A stretch of 64,000 nucleotides of DNA from a virus. Taxonomy: Duplodnaviria > Caudoviricetes. Below the pieces are notes generated by a model that made no database searches, was not told the origin of the DNA, and saw nothing but the letters and a program-made list of their open reading frames with translations. Below are positions 20,152-30,637 of the stretch, one piece after another. The stretch's first letter is position 1, and each line of letters begins with the position of its first letter. The position numbers and the translations under genes are program-made. The DNA lies in IMG/VR virus record IMGVR_UViG_3300025676_000004, positions 70,817-134,816 of that record; one strand, written 5' to 3'.

Positions 20152-22714
20152 ATTTTATACAAATATCTCAATGAGGGGAAAGTATATTCTCTATCGGGGT
20201 GTGGATGAACTTGGAAATCGTATTTCACGCAAAGAAGAATTTCATCCAACGATGTTTGTCCCTTCACAATCTAAAACAGAATGGACAACTCTTGATGGTT
20301 TCTATGTAGAACCTGTACAACCAGGCGATATGACAGATACCAGAGAATTCATAAAGCAATACAAAGACATTCAAGGTTTCGACATTTACGGAAACACTGA
20401 TTATGTTTGTCAATATATCGCAGAGAATTATACAGGGGATGTTGAATACGACCTCGACAAAATTGTTGTTGCCAATATTGATATTGAAACTGAATCCGAA
20501 TATGGTTTCCCAGAGATTAACAATCCACTTGAAAGAGTGAATGCAATCTCCGTAGACTTCAACGGAAAGATGTATGTTCTTGGTCTTGGTGAGTTTACAT
20601 TACCAGAAGACGATGTACATTACCAAGAACAATTTTCAGAAGAAGAAGATTTGCTCAAAGCATTCCTTGATATTTGGGAACAAGAATCTCCCGATGTTGT
20701 TACAGGGTGGAATGTTCGATTCTTTGATATCCCCTATCTTGTCAATCGAATAACAAAGGTTCTTAGTGGAAAAGAAGCAAAACGACTTTCCCCTTGGAAG
20801 TTTTTCCGTGAAAGAACTGTAACCAAATTCAACAGAGAAAATGTTGTCTATGAGTTAAGTGGAATTGCAACACTCGACTATTACGAATTGTATCAGACAT
20901 TCACTTATGTCAATCAAGCATCCTATGCACTCAATCATATTGCAGAGGTGGAACTTGGCGAGAAGAAGTTAGATTACTCTGAATACGATTCAATGGCAGA
21001 TTTCTATCGGAACGACTTCCAGAAGTTTATGGAATACAATGTTCTCGATACTCGTTTGGTGATGCGATTAGAAGACAAGATGAAACTCTTGGAACTTGCA
21101 ATCACTCTTGGGTATTCTGCCAAACTCGGAAACTATATGGAAGTGTTCGGTCAGTTGAGAACTTGGGATTCAATCATCTACCACTTCCTACACGAACACA
21201 AAATTGCTATTCCACCGAAGAAGGGTGGACAAAGTAAGAATGAAAAGTATGCAGGTGCATATGTGAAAGAACCAATCACAGGTATGCATGATTGGGTTGT
21301 GTCGTTTGACCTTGCCAGTTTGTATCCTTCAATCATTCGTTGGTTGAATCTTTCACCAGAAACAAAGACAGATGATGGATTCAGAAAAATGTTTGGGGTT
21401 GATTCTATACTTAACAACAACGACATTGCGATGGAGATGATAAAGGAAAGAACAGATAAGGGATTGTGTGTTGCCGCCAATGGTACAACATACCATCAGA
21501 AGCATCAAGGTTTCCTCCCTGCACTCATGGAGAAGTTATACAACGAACGGAAGATGTATAAGGGGAAGATGATTGATACACAGAAGAAACGACAAAGCAT
21601 TCTGAGATCTGGTGCATTGGGTGGTGATGTGACAAAACTACTCCACGAAACAGACAAAGAAATAACCAAGTACCACAACTTTCAGTTGGTTCGGAAGATT
21701 CAGTTGAATAGTTGTTATGGTGCATTGGGAAATGAGTATGGACGATATTACGATTTAGATTTGGCAGAAGCAATCACACTAAGTGGTCAGTTGATTATTC
21801 AATGGATTGCAAATAAACTCAACGAATATCTAAACAAAACAATCGGAACAGAGGATTATGATTATGTTGTCGCAAGTGATACAGATAGTGTTTATCTCCG
21901 CCTTGGGAATCTTGTGGATAAACTTTGTCCTAACAGAAGAAAAGAACAGGTAGTAGAATTCCTCAACAAAGCATCAGAGGGAATCTTAGTTCCGTTCATT
22001 GACAAGCAATACACAGAATTGTCAGATATAATGGGTGCAATGCAACCTGATGTTATTATGATGGAACGAGAAGTCATCGCAGACAAAGCAGTATGGACTG
22101 CAAAGAAACGATACATGATGCGTGTGTTTGATTCGGAAGGTGTTCGTTATGACCCACCGAAGCAAAAGATTATGGGTATTGAAACAACACGAAGTTCTAC
22201 ACCACAGGTGGTTCGTGACTCTTTGAAAGAAGCAATCAATTTGATTCTAACTACCGATGAAGACTCGGTAATTGAATTCATTGAAGATTTCCGAGAGAAG
22301 TTTGAGAACTTTTCAATTGAAGAAATTGCATTCCCAAGAGGTGTGAATGGTATGGTGAAGTATGCAGACAGAGGAAGCATCTATCAGAAATCCACACCCA
22401 TTGCAGTCAAGGGAAGTTTGATTTACAACCACTATGTTAGTAAATTGAAACTTGGCAAAAAGCATCGAAAGATTGTGGACGGTGATAAAATCAAGTTTGT
22501 TCATTTGAAGAAACCGAATCCAGTTGGTGGAGTTGCGGGACAGGACCAAGTGATTGCATTCCCGAACGATTTACCAACCGAGTTTGGTCTTGATGAGTTT
22601 ATTGATTACGACCATCAATTTGATAAAGCATTTTTGAATCCATTGAAAACTATCTTGGAAAATATTGGATGGAACTGGGAACACATTTCAACATTGGAAG
22701 GTTTCTTTGGATGA
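20144..22714 (+). CDS. gp43: DNA polymerase, family B (gp43)
   Basis: DIET exonuclease motif, SFDLASLYPS, K..LNS.YG, SDTDS, KKRY, C-terminal clamp peptide LEGFF. Confidence 0.97.
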   Translation: MTEFYTNISMRGKYILYRGVDELGNRISRKEEFHPTMFVPSQSKTEWTTLDGFYVEPVQPGDMTDTREFIKQYKDIQGFDIYGNTDYVCQYIAENYTGDVEYDLDKIVVANIDIETESEYGFPEINNPLERVNAISVDFNGKMYVLGLGEFTLPEDDVHYQEQFSEEEDLLKAFLDIWEQESPDVVTGWNVRFFDIPYLVNRITKVLSGKEAKRLSPWKFFRERTVTKFNRENVVYELSGIATLDYYELYQTFTYVNQASYALNHIAEVELGEKKLDYSEYDSMADFYRNDFQKFMEYNVLDTRLVMRLEDKMKLLELAITLGYSAKLGNYMEVFGQLRTWDSIIYHFLHEHKIAIPPKKGGQSKNEKYAGAYVKEPITGMHDWVVSFDLASLYPSIIRWLNLSPETKTDDGFRKMFGVDSILNNNDIAMEMIKERTDKGLCVAANGTTYHQKHQGFLPALMEKLYNERKMYKGKMIDTQKKRQSILRSGALGGDVTKLLHETDKEITKYHNFQLVRKIQLNSCYGALGNEYGRYYDLDLAEAITLSGQLIIQWIANKLNEYLNKTIGTEDYDYVVASDTDSVYLRLGNLVDKLCPNRRKEQVVEFLNKASEGILVPFIDKQYTELSDIMGAMQPDVIMMEREVIADKAVWTAKKRYMMRVFDSEGVRYDPPKQKIMGIETTRSSTPQVVRDSLKEAINLILTTDEDSVIEFIEDFREKFENFSIEEIAFPRGVNGMVKYADRGSIYQKSTPIAVKGSLIYNHYVSKLKLGKKHRKIVDGDKIKFVHLKKPNPVGGVAGQDQVIAFPNDLPTEFGLDEFIDYDHQFDKAFLNPLKTILENIGWNWEHISTLEGFFG

Positions 22715-22902
22715 ATCTAAGCAAAAGAGAACAGAAGAAAATGGTTCTAAATATATTAGAATCAAAATTGAAAGAATGGCGTGTAAGTGCCAAACTAATG
22801 TTGGAAGATAAGAATTGTGATTTACAAACTTACGAAAAATTAGTAGACAACTGCACAGAATTAGAGTATACTATACAACAGATGGAGAAACATTATGATT
22901 GA
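22711..22902 (+). CDS. Hypothetical protein
   Basis: ORF coupled to the gp43 stop. Confidence 0.6.
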   Translation: MNLSKREQKKMVLNILESKLKEWRVSAKLMLEDKNCDLQTYEKLVDNCTELEYTIQQMEKHYD

Positions 22903-23119
22903 AGGTACAAAATTAGAAGCATTGATTGACAGTGCATTTGACGGACTAGACAGAATGCTTGGTGTTAGCAGACGAGCAAGAGAAGCAGACGGAACATATA
23001 GAGCAGACGACCCCTCAACTGTAAAGACGAACGAGGCGTACACATCTGGTAAGAGTCCTACAAATAAGGTTTCAGTAAAAAAGAAATCACAGAAGAAAAA
23101 GGTTAGCAAAAAGAAATGA
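22895..23119 (+). CDS. Small basic protein with RAR...G.Y.ADDPST...NEAY motif
   Basis: ORF; motif recurrent in phage proteins. Confidence 0.6.
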   Translation: MIEGTKLEALIDSAFDGLDRMLGVSRRAREADGTYRADDPSTVKTNEAYTSGKSPTNKVSVKKKSQKKKVSKKK

Positions 23120-23427
23120 TTATTAGAAACATAAAACTACGAAGTGGTGAAGAAATTCTTTGCGAAGTTGAAGAAAAAGAAAATTCATATAATATGAAAA
23201 ATCCTTGTGTTCTTGTCCCATCGGGACAAACAGGGATTGCAATGGCGCCTTGGATGCCATTTACAGACTTCAAAAACGAAGGTATTGAAATTCCCAAAGA
23301 TGCAGTATTGGTGGTTGTGAAAGTTATTGATGAAATTGAAACTCAATATGAATCACAATTTGGAAGTGGTCTAATTAAACCCAATTCCAAAATCGTAACA
23401 CCTAACGATTTAAAATTGACAACATAA
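23116..23427 (+). CDS. Conserved T4-like Sm-fold protein
   Basis: [27 protein letters not shown]. Confidence 0.7.
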   Translation: MIIRNIKLRSGEEILCEVEEKENSYNMKNPCVLVPSGQTGIAMAPWMPFTDFKNEGIEIPKDAVLVVVKVIDEIETQYESQFGSGLIKPNSKIVTPNDLKLTT

Positions 23428-23441
23428 ATGAGGAGTGTGAT

Positions 23442-24509
23442 ATGAGAAATTCATTCTTAAATAGTATAATTAAGGAAACAGGAAATAAATATGCAACGAT
23501 TGCGGCAGATGGTATTGATGGGTCTGATGTTAATAGTTGGACTGATACTGGATGTTATGCTCTTAATGCCTTGGTTAGTGGTTCTTTGTTTGGGGGTATA
23601 CCTTCTAATAAAATCACTGCATTAGCAGGCGAATCAGCAACAGGTAAGACTTACTTTGCGTTAGGTATTTGTAATAAGTTTTTGCGTGACAATCCCGATG
23701 GAAATATTGTGTATTTTGATACAGAGTCGGCAGTTACATCAGAGATGATTTCAGATAGAGGAATCAACCCAGAACAAGTTGGCATTTTTCCTGTAACAAC
23801 AGTTGAAGAATTCCGACATCAAGCAATTAAGATTGTTGATTCATATAATACATTAACAAAAGACCAAAGGAAACCAATTATGATTGTATTGGATTCCCTT
23901 GGTATGCTTTCTACTGAAAAGGAAATGGCAGATACTGCGGATGGAAAGACAACAAGGGATATGACCCGTGCCCAAATTGTGAAAGCAACATTCCGTGTGC
24001 TTACACTTAAACTTGGTCAAGCAGGAATTCCGTTGATTCTTACCAACCACACTTATGCAGTAATTGGTTCTATGTTCCCCACAAAAGAAATGAGTGGGGG
24101 TTCTGGTTTGAAGTACGCCGCTTCGACAATCATCTATCTTTCAAAGAGGAAGGTAAAAGAAGGCACGGATATTATTGGCAATATCATCCATTGTAAACTT
24201 TACAAATCACGATTAACTAAAGAAAATGCTTTGGTGGATGTGATGTTAGATTACAAAAAAGGATTGAATCCTTACTATGGTCTTGTAGACATTGCATTGA
24301 AGTATGAAATTTTCAATAAAGTATCAACACGCATTGAAATGCCAGACGGAACAAAGGTTTACGAGAAGGTAATCTATAAGACACCCGAAAAGTATTTTAC
24401 TGATGATATAATGGCACAACTTGAAATTGCTGTTGCTTCCGAATTTAAATATGGCAGTGATGCGGTAGAGGAAGAAGTAGAGATTGAAGTTGAGTCAACC
24501 GATGCTTAA
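23442..24509 (+). CDS. uvsX: RecA-like recombinase UvsX
   Basis: [30 protein letters not shown]. Confidence 0.95.
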   Translation: MRNSFLNSIIKETGNKYATIAADGIDGSDVNSWTDTGCYALNALVSGSLFGGIPSNKITALAGESATGKTYFALGICNKFLRDNPDGNIVYFDTESAVTSEMISDRGINPEQVGIFPVTTVEEFRHQAIKIVDSYNTLTKDQRKPIMIVLDSLGMLSTEKEMADTADGKTTRDMTRAQIVKATFRVLTLKLGQAGIPLILTNHTYAVIGSMFPTKEMSGGSGLKYAASTIIYLSKRKVKEGTDIIGNIIHCKLYKSRLTKENALVDVMLDYKKGLNPYYGLVDIALKYEIFNKVSTRIEMPDGTKVYEKVIYKTPEKYFTDDIMAQLEIAVASEFKYGSDAVEEEVEIEVESTDA

Positions 24510-24816
24510 TTATACCTATGTTCCGCACGAACTAGCAGAAGAAAATCAAGCAATAAAGATTCTAAAAGGTAAATATAAAAATATAGTATTTACATTTGGT
24601 CGTGTTAGTTTTTATGAAGTTGATGACTCCCCACATATAAAATTTGATTATACTGTATTGGAAGGAAATGACCCCGATAACGAAGATTTTAATAATATTC
24701 TTGGGGATGTTGTAGTGGACATTCTCGAAAGAGAATTCAAAGAAAACGCAAATGGAGTTTTGGTAGATAATGCAGACTATAGAGAAAATAATACTACACA
24801 GTCTTCTGAAGAATGA
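24502..24816 (+). CDS. Conserved T4-like protein (gp40 position)
   Basis: Lies between uvsX and gp41. Confidence 0.6.
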   Translation: MLNYTYVPHELAEENQAIKILKGKYKNIVFTFGRVSFYEVDDSPHIKFDYTVLEGNDPDNEDFNNILGDVVVDILEREFKENANGVLVDNADYRENNTTQSSEE

Positions 24817-26197
24817 AGAGTTTACAAGAAAGGTTGTACCTTTTCTTAAAGAAGAGTATTTTATGGATAAGATTGAACGACTTGTTTATGTGTCCGCCTC
24901 TTCATTCATTACTAAGTACAATTCATTACCAACAAAAGAATCACTTAGCATTAATTTGGGTTCAAACACAACGGTAACGGAAGATGAATTTAAAGAGGCA
25001 AATGAACTTATAGAATTAATTGACAGTGGTTCTACAGATTGTAACGCAGAATGGTTGTTGGAACAGACTGAAAAGTTCTGTAAAGACAAAGCAGTATACA
25101 ATGCTATTATGGAATCCATTCATATTATTGATGGTAAATCTACAAGTGAAAAGACTGAAAATGCCATACCAGAAATACTCACCGATGCGTTATCTGTTTC
25201 CTTCGATGCACATATTGGTCACGATTATATTGAAGATGCAGAGGAACGATTTAAATTCTACCACAAAACAGAATCGAAAATTCCATTCGATATTAGTTTA
25301 CTCAACACAATTACAAACGGTGGGACACCAAGGAAAACCTTGAATATTGTTATGGCAGGTACAGGTGTTGGTAAATCATTGTTTATGTGTCATCACGCAT
25401 CAAGTTGTCTTGCACAAGGATTAAATGTACTATACATCACTTGCGAAATGGCAGAGGAACGGATTGCTGAACGAATTGATGCAAATCTTATGGACATTAC
25501 TATGGATGAACTTAAAGAGTTACCAAAAATGTCATATGCCAAGAAGATTAGCAAGATTCAAAATAAAAACAATGGCAAATTGATTGTAAAAGAATATCCA
25601 ACAGCAACAGCAAGTACAAGTCACTTTAGACATTTGCTTGATGAGTTGAATATTAAGAAGGATTTTAAACCAGATATTATCTTTGTAGATTACTTAAATA
25701 TATGTGCTTCATCCAGAATTAAAATGGGTTCAAGTATAAACTCATACACATACATCAAAGCAATTGCTGAAGAACTTCGTGGACTTGCTGTTGAACGGAA
25801 TGTGCCAATCTGGTCTGCAACACAAGTAAACCGTACTGGTTTTACTTCAAGTGATTTTGGTTTGGAAGATACATCAGAATCGTTTGGATTGCCCGCAACA
25901 GCAGACTTTATGCTTGCGTTAATTGGTACAGAAGAACTTGATGAACTAAATCAAATTATGGTAAAGCAACTAAAGAATAGGTACAATGATGCAGTATCAA
26001 ATAGGAAATTTGTAATAGGCATCAACAGAGCAAAGATGAAATTATTTGACTTAGAAGATAATGCCCAAGCAGGATTATTAAATACAGGTCAAGTTGCCAC
26101 CAGTGGTGGATTTGGTTCAGGATTTGATGGTGATAACTTCGATAGTAAGTTCAACAAACAAACAAAGAAAGAAAACTTTGTTGATTGGAAAATTTAG
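24770..26197 (+). CDS. gp41: Replicative DnaB-like helicase (gp41)
   Basis: AGTGVGKSL, VDYLNIC, SATQ, SESFGLPATAD, KQLKNRY. Confidence 0.96.
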   Translation: MQTIEKIILHSLLKNEEFTRKVVPFLKEEYFMDKIERLVYVSASSFITKYNSLPTKESLSINLGSNTTVTEDEFKEANELIELIDSGSTDCNAEWLLEQTEKFCKDKAVYNAIMESIHIIDGKSTSEKTENAIPEILTDALSVSFDAHIGHDYIEDAEERFKFYHKTESKIPFDISLLNTITNGGTPRKTLNIVMAGTGVGKSLFMCHHASSCLAQGLNVLYITCEMAEERIAERIDANLMDITMDELKELPKMSYAKKISKIQNKNNGKLIVKEYPTATASTSHFRHLLDELNIKKDFKPDIIFVDYLNICASSRIKMGSSINSYTYIKAIAEELRGLAVERNVPIWSATQVNRTGFTSSDFGLEDTSESFGLPATADFMLALIGTEELDELNQIMVKQLKNRYNDAVSNRKFVIGINRAKMKLFDLEDNAQAGLLNTGQVATSGGFGSGFDGDNFDSKFNKQTKKENFVDWKI

Positions 26198-26207
26198 GAG
26201 AACAAAT

Positions 26208-26324
26208 ATGGACAAAGATAACAAAGAAAAATTAGAAGAAGCCGAACTTCAAGAATGGAAGAAATGGGCTGAAGAGTGGGTTGAAGAAATGAAAGAAGAA
26301 AAAAAGGATAAAGAAGAAAAATAG
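26208..26324 (+). CDS. Small charged protein (38 aa)
   Basis: AGGAG RBS; ORF between gp41 and gp61. Confidence 0.55.
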   Translation: MDKDNKEKLEEAELQEWKKWAEEWVEEMKEEKKDKEEK

Positions 26325-27380
26325 ATGGCAACATTCATCGACAAACAGTTTATAAATAGAGTTTCTTCTACATTAAGAAACTTTAAATGGAAGAAAGATA
26401 ATCTTGCTAATTGCTCTTGTCCCATTTGTGGGGATTCTACCAAGAACAAATCTAAAGCAAGGGGATTCTTTTATCAAAAAGGAAACGACTTCTTTTATAA
26501 ATGCCATAACTGTGGTGTAGGTCACAATCTTTATAATTTCTTAAAGGAAACTTCCCCGACATTATGTAAAGAGTATTCAATGGAAAGATACCGTAATGGG
26601 GAAACGGGCAAATCAAACTATAAAAAACCTAAAGGTAAAGACTTGTTTAAATTCAAAGACAATAAACCAGAATTCAAAAAGAAAGACAAACTCTTAAACG
26701 AGTTGGTCTGTCTTAATGATTTGTCTAATGAACACCCTGCTGTGATGTTTGCCAATATGCGAAAGATTCCAAAAGAGCATTGGAAACTTCTATACTACAC
26801 TGATGATTTTACCGCATTCGCCACCAAATTAGATTCAGATAATACTCTCTATGGTAAGGACGAACGATTAGTAATTCCATTTTTCAATAGTCATGGTGAT
26901 GTTGTTGCGTGTCAAGGTCGTGCATTAAATATGTCAGATGAACACAACGCACGAAATACTGTCAAGTATATCACCATTAAAGGTGACAAAAGTATTGATA
27001 GATTGTGGTATGGATTGTGGAGAGTTGACCCGAAGAAACGAGTGTATGTTGTAGAAGGTCCTATTGATTCTCTGTTCCTTAAAAATGCAACAGCACTTGT
27101 TGGTGCGGGTGCATTAAAAGATGTTCCACTTCGGTTTGAAAATTCAGAGATAACATATATCCTTGACAACGAACCACGCAACAAACATATCGTTGCATAT
27201 GTTGAACGGTTGATTGAGTTGGGGAAAGAAGTTTGTATTTGGCCTGATAACATTGAAGAGAAAGACATCAACGATATGGCATATAGAATATCAACTCGTA
27301 AAATTCAAAAGATGATTGACGAGAACACATATAGCGGTCTTGAGGCGAAATTGAGATTGCAGGTTTGGAGAAAGATTTGA
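26325..27380 (+). CDS. gp61: DNA primase (gp61)
   Basis: CPICGDS...CHNC Zn finger, TOPRIM VEGPIDS, LDNEPRN, KDINDM. Confidence 0.95.
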   Translation: MATFIDKQFINRVSSTLRNFKWKKDNLANCSCPICGDSTKNKSKARGFFYQKGNDFFYKCHNCGVGHNLYNFLKETSPTLCKEYSMERYRNGETGKSNYKKPKGKDLFKFKDNKPEFKKKDKLLNELVCLNDLSNEHPAVMFANMRKIPKEHWKLLYYTDDFTAFATKLDSDNTLYGKDERLVIPFFNSHGDVVACQGRALNMSDEHNARNTVKYITIKGDKSIDRLWYGLWRVDPKKRVYVVEGPIDSLFLKNATALVGAGALKDVPLRFENSEITYILDNEPRNKHIVAYVERLIELGKEVCIWPDNIEEKDINDMAYRISTRKIQKMIDENTYSGLEAKLRLQVWRKI

Positions 27381-27547
27381 ACAAAGATAAATTGAAAGAT
27401 GCACTATGGGCAATGTTACAATATGGATATTTGTGGGGACATCCGAGATATATTAGTAGAGAGAATTGGCAAGCAATTCGTGAATCATATAAAGAACTAA
27501 ATGACGGTAAAGATTTTGAACCTAACTCCAAAGAAGTAGCAGAGTGA
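27365..27547 (+). CDS. Hypothetical protein
   Basis: Short ORF in the operon. Confidence 0.5.
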   Translation: MEKDLNKDKLKDALWAMLQYGYLWGHPRYISRENWQAIRESYKELNDGKDFEPNSKEVAE

Positions 27548-27599
27548 AAATTGATTGGTTTGGTAAATTGCTATTGTGGTGGCAACGGAGAAAGAGAAA

Positions 27600-28286
27600 A
27601 TGAAAATTAAAGTATTAGATAATGGTTTTGTTGATTACATCGACCACCTCGGCTCAGATTTAACAGTCTGTAACTCTGCTCGTGTTAGTTTCAACAACCA
27701 CAAAGAGGAGTTTGATGACAAGGATGCAAAACTCATTAAGTATCTTGCAGAACATAATCATTGGACGCCCTTCGCACATCCGCAAATAACTTTGAGAATC
27801 AAAGCACCCATTCCAATCCGAACACAACTTTTCAAACACAAAGTTGGATTTACCGAGAATGAAGTGTCACGCAGATATGTTTCAATTGAACCAGAATTTT
27901 ACCATCCGCAGTGGCGAAAGAAACCCGATAAGTCAATGAAGCAGGGGAGTGGTGAGTTTATCGACCCAGACGATGATGGTGGAGAAGTGTCTGGTGGTAT
28001 ATCTTACCATCCCCTGTATCGGGATTATGATGCACATATGAAAGAATCAATTAAACTCTATGAAGATTTGATTGTAATGGGAGTTGCACCAGAGCAAGCA
28101 AGGTTTGCACTTCCACAAGGAATGTATACACAGTGGTATTGGACAGGTTCGTTGTCTGCATTTGCAAGAGTGTATAAACAACGAAGTCATTCTCACGCAC
28201 AATGGGAAGTGAGAGAATATGCTGATGCAATTGGAAAAATTATTGAACCGTTGTTCCCTATTTCGTGGCCAGAACTAACAAAGTAA
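27600..28286 (+). CDS. thyX: Flavin-dependent thymidylate synthase
   Basis: ARVSF, HWTPF, KHKVG...NEVSRRY, PEQAR, HAQWE. Confidence 0.95.
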   Translation: MKIKVLDNGFVDYIDHLGSDLTVCNSARVSFNNHKEEFDDKDAKLIKYLAEHNHWTPFAHPQITLRIKAPIPIRTQLFKHKVGFTENEVSRRYVSIEPEFYHPQWRKKPDKSMKQGSGEFIDPDDDGGEVSGGISYHPLYRDYDAHMKESIKLYEDLIVMGVAPEQARFALPQGMYTQWYWTGSLSAFARVYKQRSHSHAQWEVREYADAIGKIIEPLFPISWPELTK

Positions 28287-28325
28287 CATAGATATATTTG
28301 TCGTTACACTATGAAGGAGAAGTGA

Positions 28326-30254
28326 ATGAATCTACCCACAGAATACCAAAATTTTATACACCTTAGTCGATACTCCAGATGGATGGAAGAAGAAGGTCGT
28401 AGAGAAACTTGGGATGAAACTATAGCACGATATTTTGATTTCTTTGAGGAACACCTCTTAGAAAACAACAACTACAAAGTAACAAAGAATGACCGTAAAG
28501 AACTTGAAGAAGCAATCCTCAATCAAGAAGTGATGCCTTCTATGCGTTCTTTGATGTGTGCAGGTGATGCACTCAAACGAGATAATGTTGCAGGATACAA
28601 TTGTGCGTATTGCACAGCAGGTCGTGTGCGTTCGTTCGATGAGATACTTTATGTTTTGATGTGTGGTGCAGGAGTAGGGTTTAGTGTTGAACGAGGATTC
28701 CTTGACAAACTTCCAACCCTTGCAGATGAATTTGAAAACACAGACACAACTATTGTTATTCAAGACAGCAAGATTGGTTGGGCAAAAGCATACAAAGAAC
28801 TCACTTCACTTTTAATTGGCGGACAAATTCCACAATGGGATGTGTCAAAGATTAGACCCGCAGGAGCAAGACTAAAAACATTTGGTGGTAGAGCATCTGG
28901 TCCTGGACCACTTGAAGATTTATTCAACTTCACGGTTGGAACTTATCAAAGTGCAAAAGGCAGGAAACTAACATCCATCGAATGCCATGACATCATTTGC
29001 AAGATTGCAGAGATTGTAGTGGTTGGTGGTGTTCGTAGGTCTGCACTTTTATCTTTGTCTTCATTGACTGATGAACGAATGCGTGATGCAAAGACAGGTC
29101 AATGGTGGTACGAGAACGGACAACGAGCATTGTCTAATAACTCTGTTGCATATAAATGCAAACCAGAAATTGGTACATTTATGGAAGAATGGTTGTCATT
29201 GTATAAATCTAAATCTGGTGAAAGAGGAATCTTCAACAGAGAGGCGGCACAGAAGACCGTTGAGAAACTTGGTGACAGACGAGATGCAACATATGACTTC
29301 GGTTGCAATCCTTGTTCCGAAATCTTGTTGCGTGACAGAGAGTTTTGCAACTTGTCCGAAGTTGTTATTCGTAAAGATGATACTCTTACAACACTCAAAG
29401 AGAAAGTAAGACTCGCCACAATCATTGGAACTTGGCAAAGCACACTCACAAACTTCCGATACTTATCAAGTGAATGGAAAAAGAATTGTGAGGAAGAACG
29501 ATTGCTTGGTGTTTCAATGACAGGTATTATGGACAACGATTTGACAAACGGTAATATGGGTTCTGCTAAACTCAAGAAATCATTAGAAGAACTTCGTCAA
29601 GTTGCAATTGATACAAACAAAGTATGGGCAAAGAAGTTTAAGATTAACGAAAGTGCCGCAATTACAACAGTCAAACCATCAGGCACAGTTTCGCAATTAG
29701 TTGATTCCGCATCAGGTATTCACTCACGACACGCAGACTATTATATTCGTACCGTTCGTGCAGACATCAAAGACCCTCTGTGTCAATTTATGATTGAGAA
29801 AGGTTTCCCAAACGAACCTGATGTGACTAAACCAGAACACACAATGGTATTCTCATTCCCTATGGAATCACCGAAGAACTCAATCTTCCGTGATGACAAA
29901 ACCGCCATTGAGCAACTTGAACATTGGTTGCTATATCAACGACATTGGTGCGAACATAAACCATCAGTTACAATTTCCGTAAGGGAACACGAATGGATGG
30001 AAGTCGGTGCTTGGGTGTATGACCATTTTGATGAGGTGAGTGGTGTTTCGTTCCTTCCTCATAGTGACCATATCTATCGTCAAGCACCATATCAGGATTC
30101 CACAAAGAAGGAATATAACGAACTTTTAAAGCGAATGCCAAAGGAAGTTGATTGGAGTGAATTGGAAAACTTTGAAAAAGAAGACAATACTACTGGAACA
30201 CAGACCTTGGCGTGCAGTGCTGGCATTTGCGAAATCGTTGATTTAACAAATTAA
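28326..30254 (+). CDS. nrdJ: Class II (adenosylcobalamin) ribonucleotide reductase
   Basis: YNC, VVVGGVRRSA, NPCSE, FCNLSE, KPSGT, C-terminal CSAGIC; no adjacent nrdB. Confidence 0.93.
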   Translation: MNLPTEYQNFIHLSRYSRWMEEEGRRETWDETIARYFDFFEEHLLENNNYKVTKNDRKELEEAILNQEVMPSMRSLMCAGDALKRDNVAGYNCAYCTAGRVRSFDEILYVLMCGAGVGFSVERGFLDKLPTLADEFENTDTTIVIQDSKIGWAKAYKELTSLLIGGQIPQWDVSKIRPAGARLKTFGGRASGPGPLEDLFNFTVGTYQSAKGRKLTSIECHDIICKIAEIVVVGGVRRSALLSLSSLTDERMRDAKTGQWWYENGQRALSNNSVAYKCKPEIGTFMEEWLSLYKSKSGERGIFNREAAQKTVEKLGDRRDATYDFGCNPCSEILLRDREFCNLSEVVIRKDDTLTTLKEKVRLATIIGTWQSTLTNFRYLSSEWKKNCEEERLLGVSMTGIMDNDLTNGNMGSAKLKKSLEELRQVAIDTNKVWAKKFKINESAAITTVKPSGTVSQLVDSASGIHSRHADYYIRTVRADIKDPLCQFMIEKGFPNEPDVTKPEHTMVFSFPMESPKNSIFRDDKTAIEQLEHWLLYQRHWCEHKPSVTISVREHEWMEVGAWVYDHFDEVSGVSFLPHSDHIYRQAPYQDSTKKEYNELLKRMPKEVDWSELENFEKEDNTTGTQTLACSAGICEIVDLTN

Positions 30255-30266
30255 ATTAAATAATTA

Positions 30267-30294
30267 TTGACACCCTTCAATATTAAGGTATAAT
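30267..30294 (+). promoter_or_regulatory. Promoter TTGACA-N16-TATAAT overlapped by the inverted repeat ACCCTTCA/TGAAGGGT
   Basis: Perfect hexamers; inverted repeat at 30272-30301. Confidence 0.8.
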
Positions 30295-30308
30295 GAAGGG
30301 TTGAAATT

Positions 30309-30405
30309 CCATCGGAGTTGATGGTGTGTCTAAATAACAGACATAATAAAACGAAGTCGGAGTTGACTTCACGGTGCATTCCGCACCACCCTCTTTTGCC
30401 AGAGG
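30309..30405 (+). ncRNA. Multi-hairpin 5' leader or candidate cis-regulatory RNA
   Basis: Five consecutive hairpins, two with an identical TCGGAGTTGA core. Confidence 0.5.
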
Positions 30406-30431
30406 TTTAATTCTTTAAAGGAGAAATTAAA

Positions 30432-30605
30432 ATGGCTAAATGTACAGAAAGTTGCGGCACAGATGTTGTGACAAATGCGTTAGGTAAGGTCGGTGTATGT
30501 CGCAGTATGCTAATCACATTAGCACTTCTTCCATTTGCATGGAACGGTGTTACTTGGGTTGGTGGTGCTATTCGTGAACTTTGGGGTCTTATTCAAGGCG
30601 TCTGA
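30432..30605 (+). CDS. Small membrane protein (57 aa)
   Basis: AAGGAG RBS; MAKCTESCG...MLITLALLPFAWNGV. Confidence 0.7.
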   Translation: MAKCTESCGTDVVTNALGKVGVCRSMLITLALLPFAWNGVTWVGGAIRELWGLIQGV

Positions 30606-30637
30606 TGCCTTGAATTTTTAAAAAAAGGAGATAACCT

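Noticed and set aside
20144-30254. Introns or inteins in gp43, gp41 or nrdJ
   Set aside because: The ORFs are continuous and of normal length, with no intein termini or homing-endonuclease inserts
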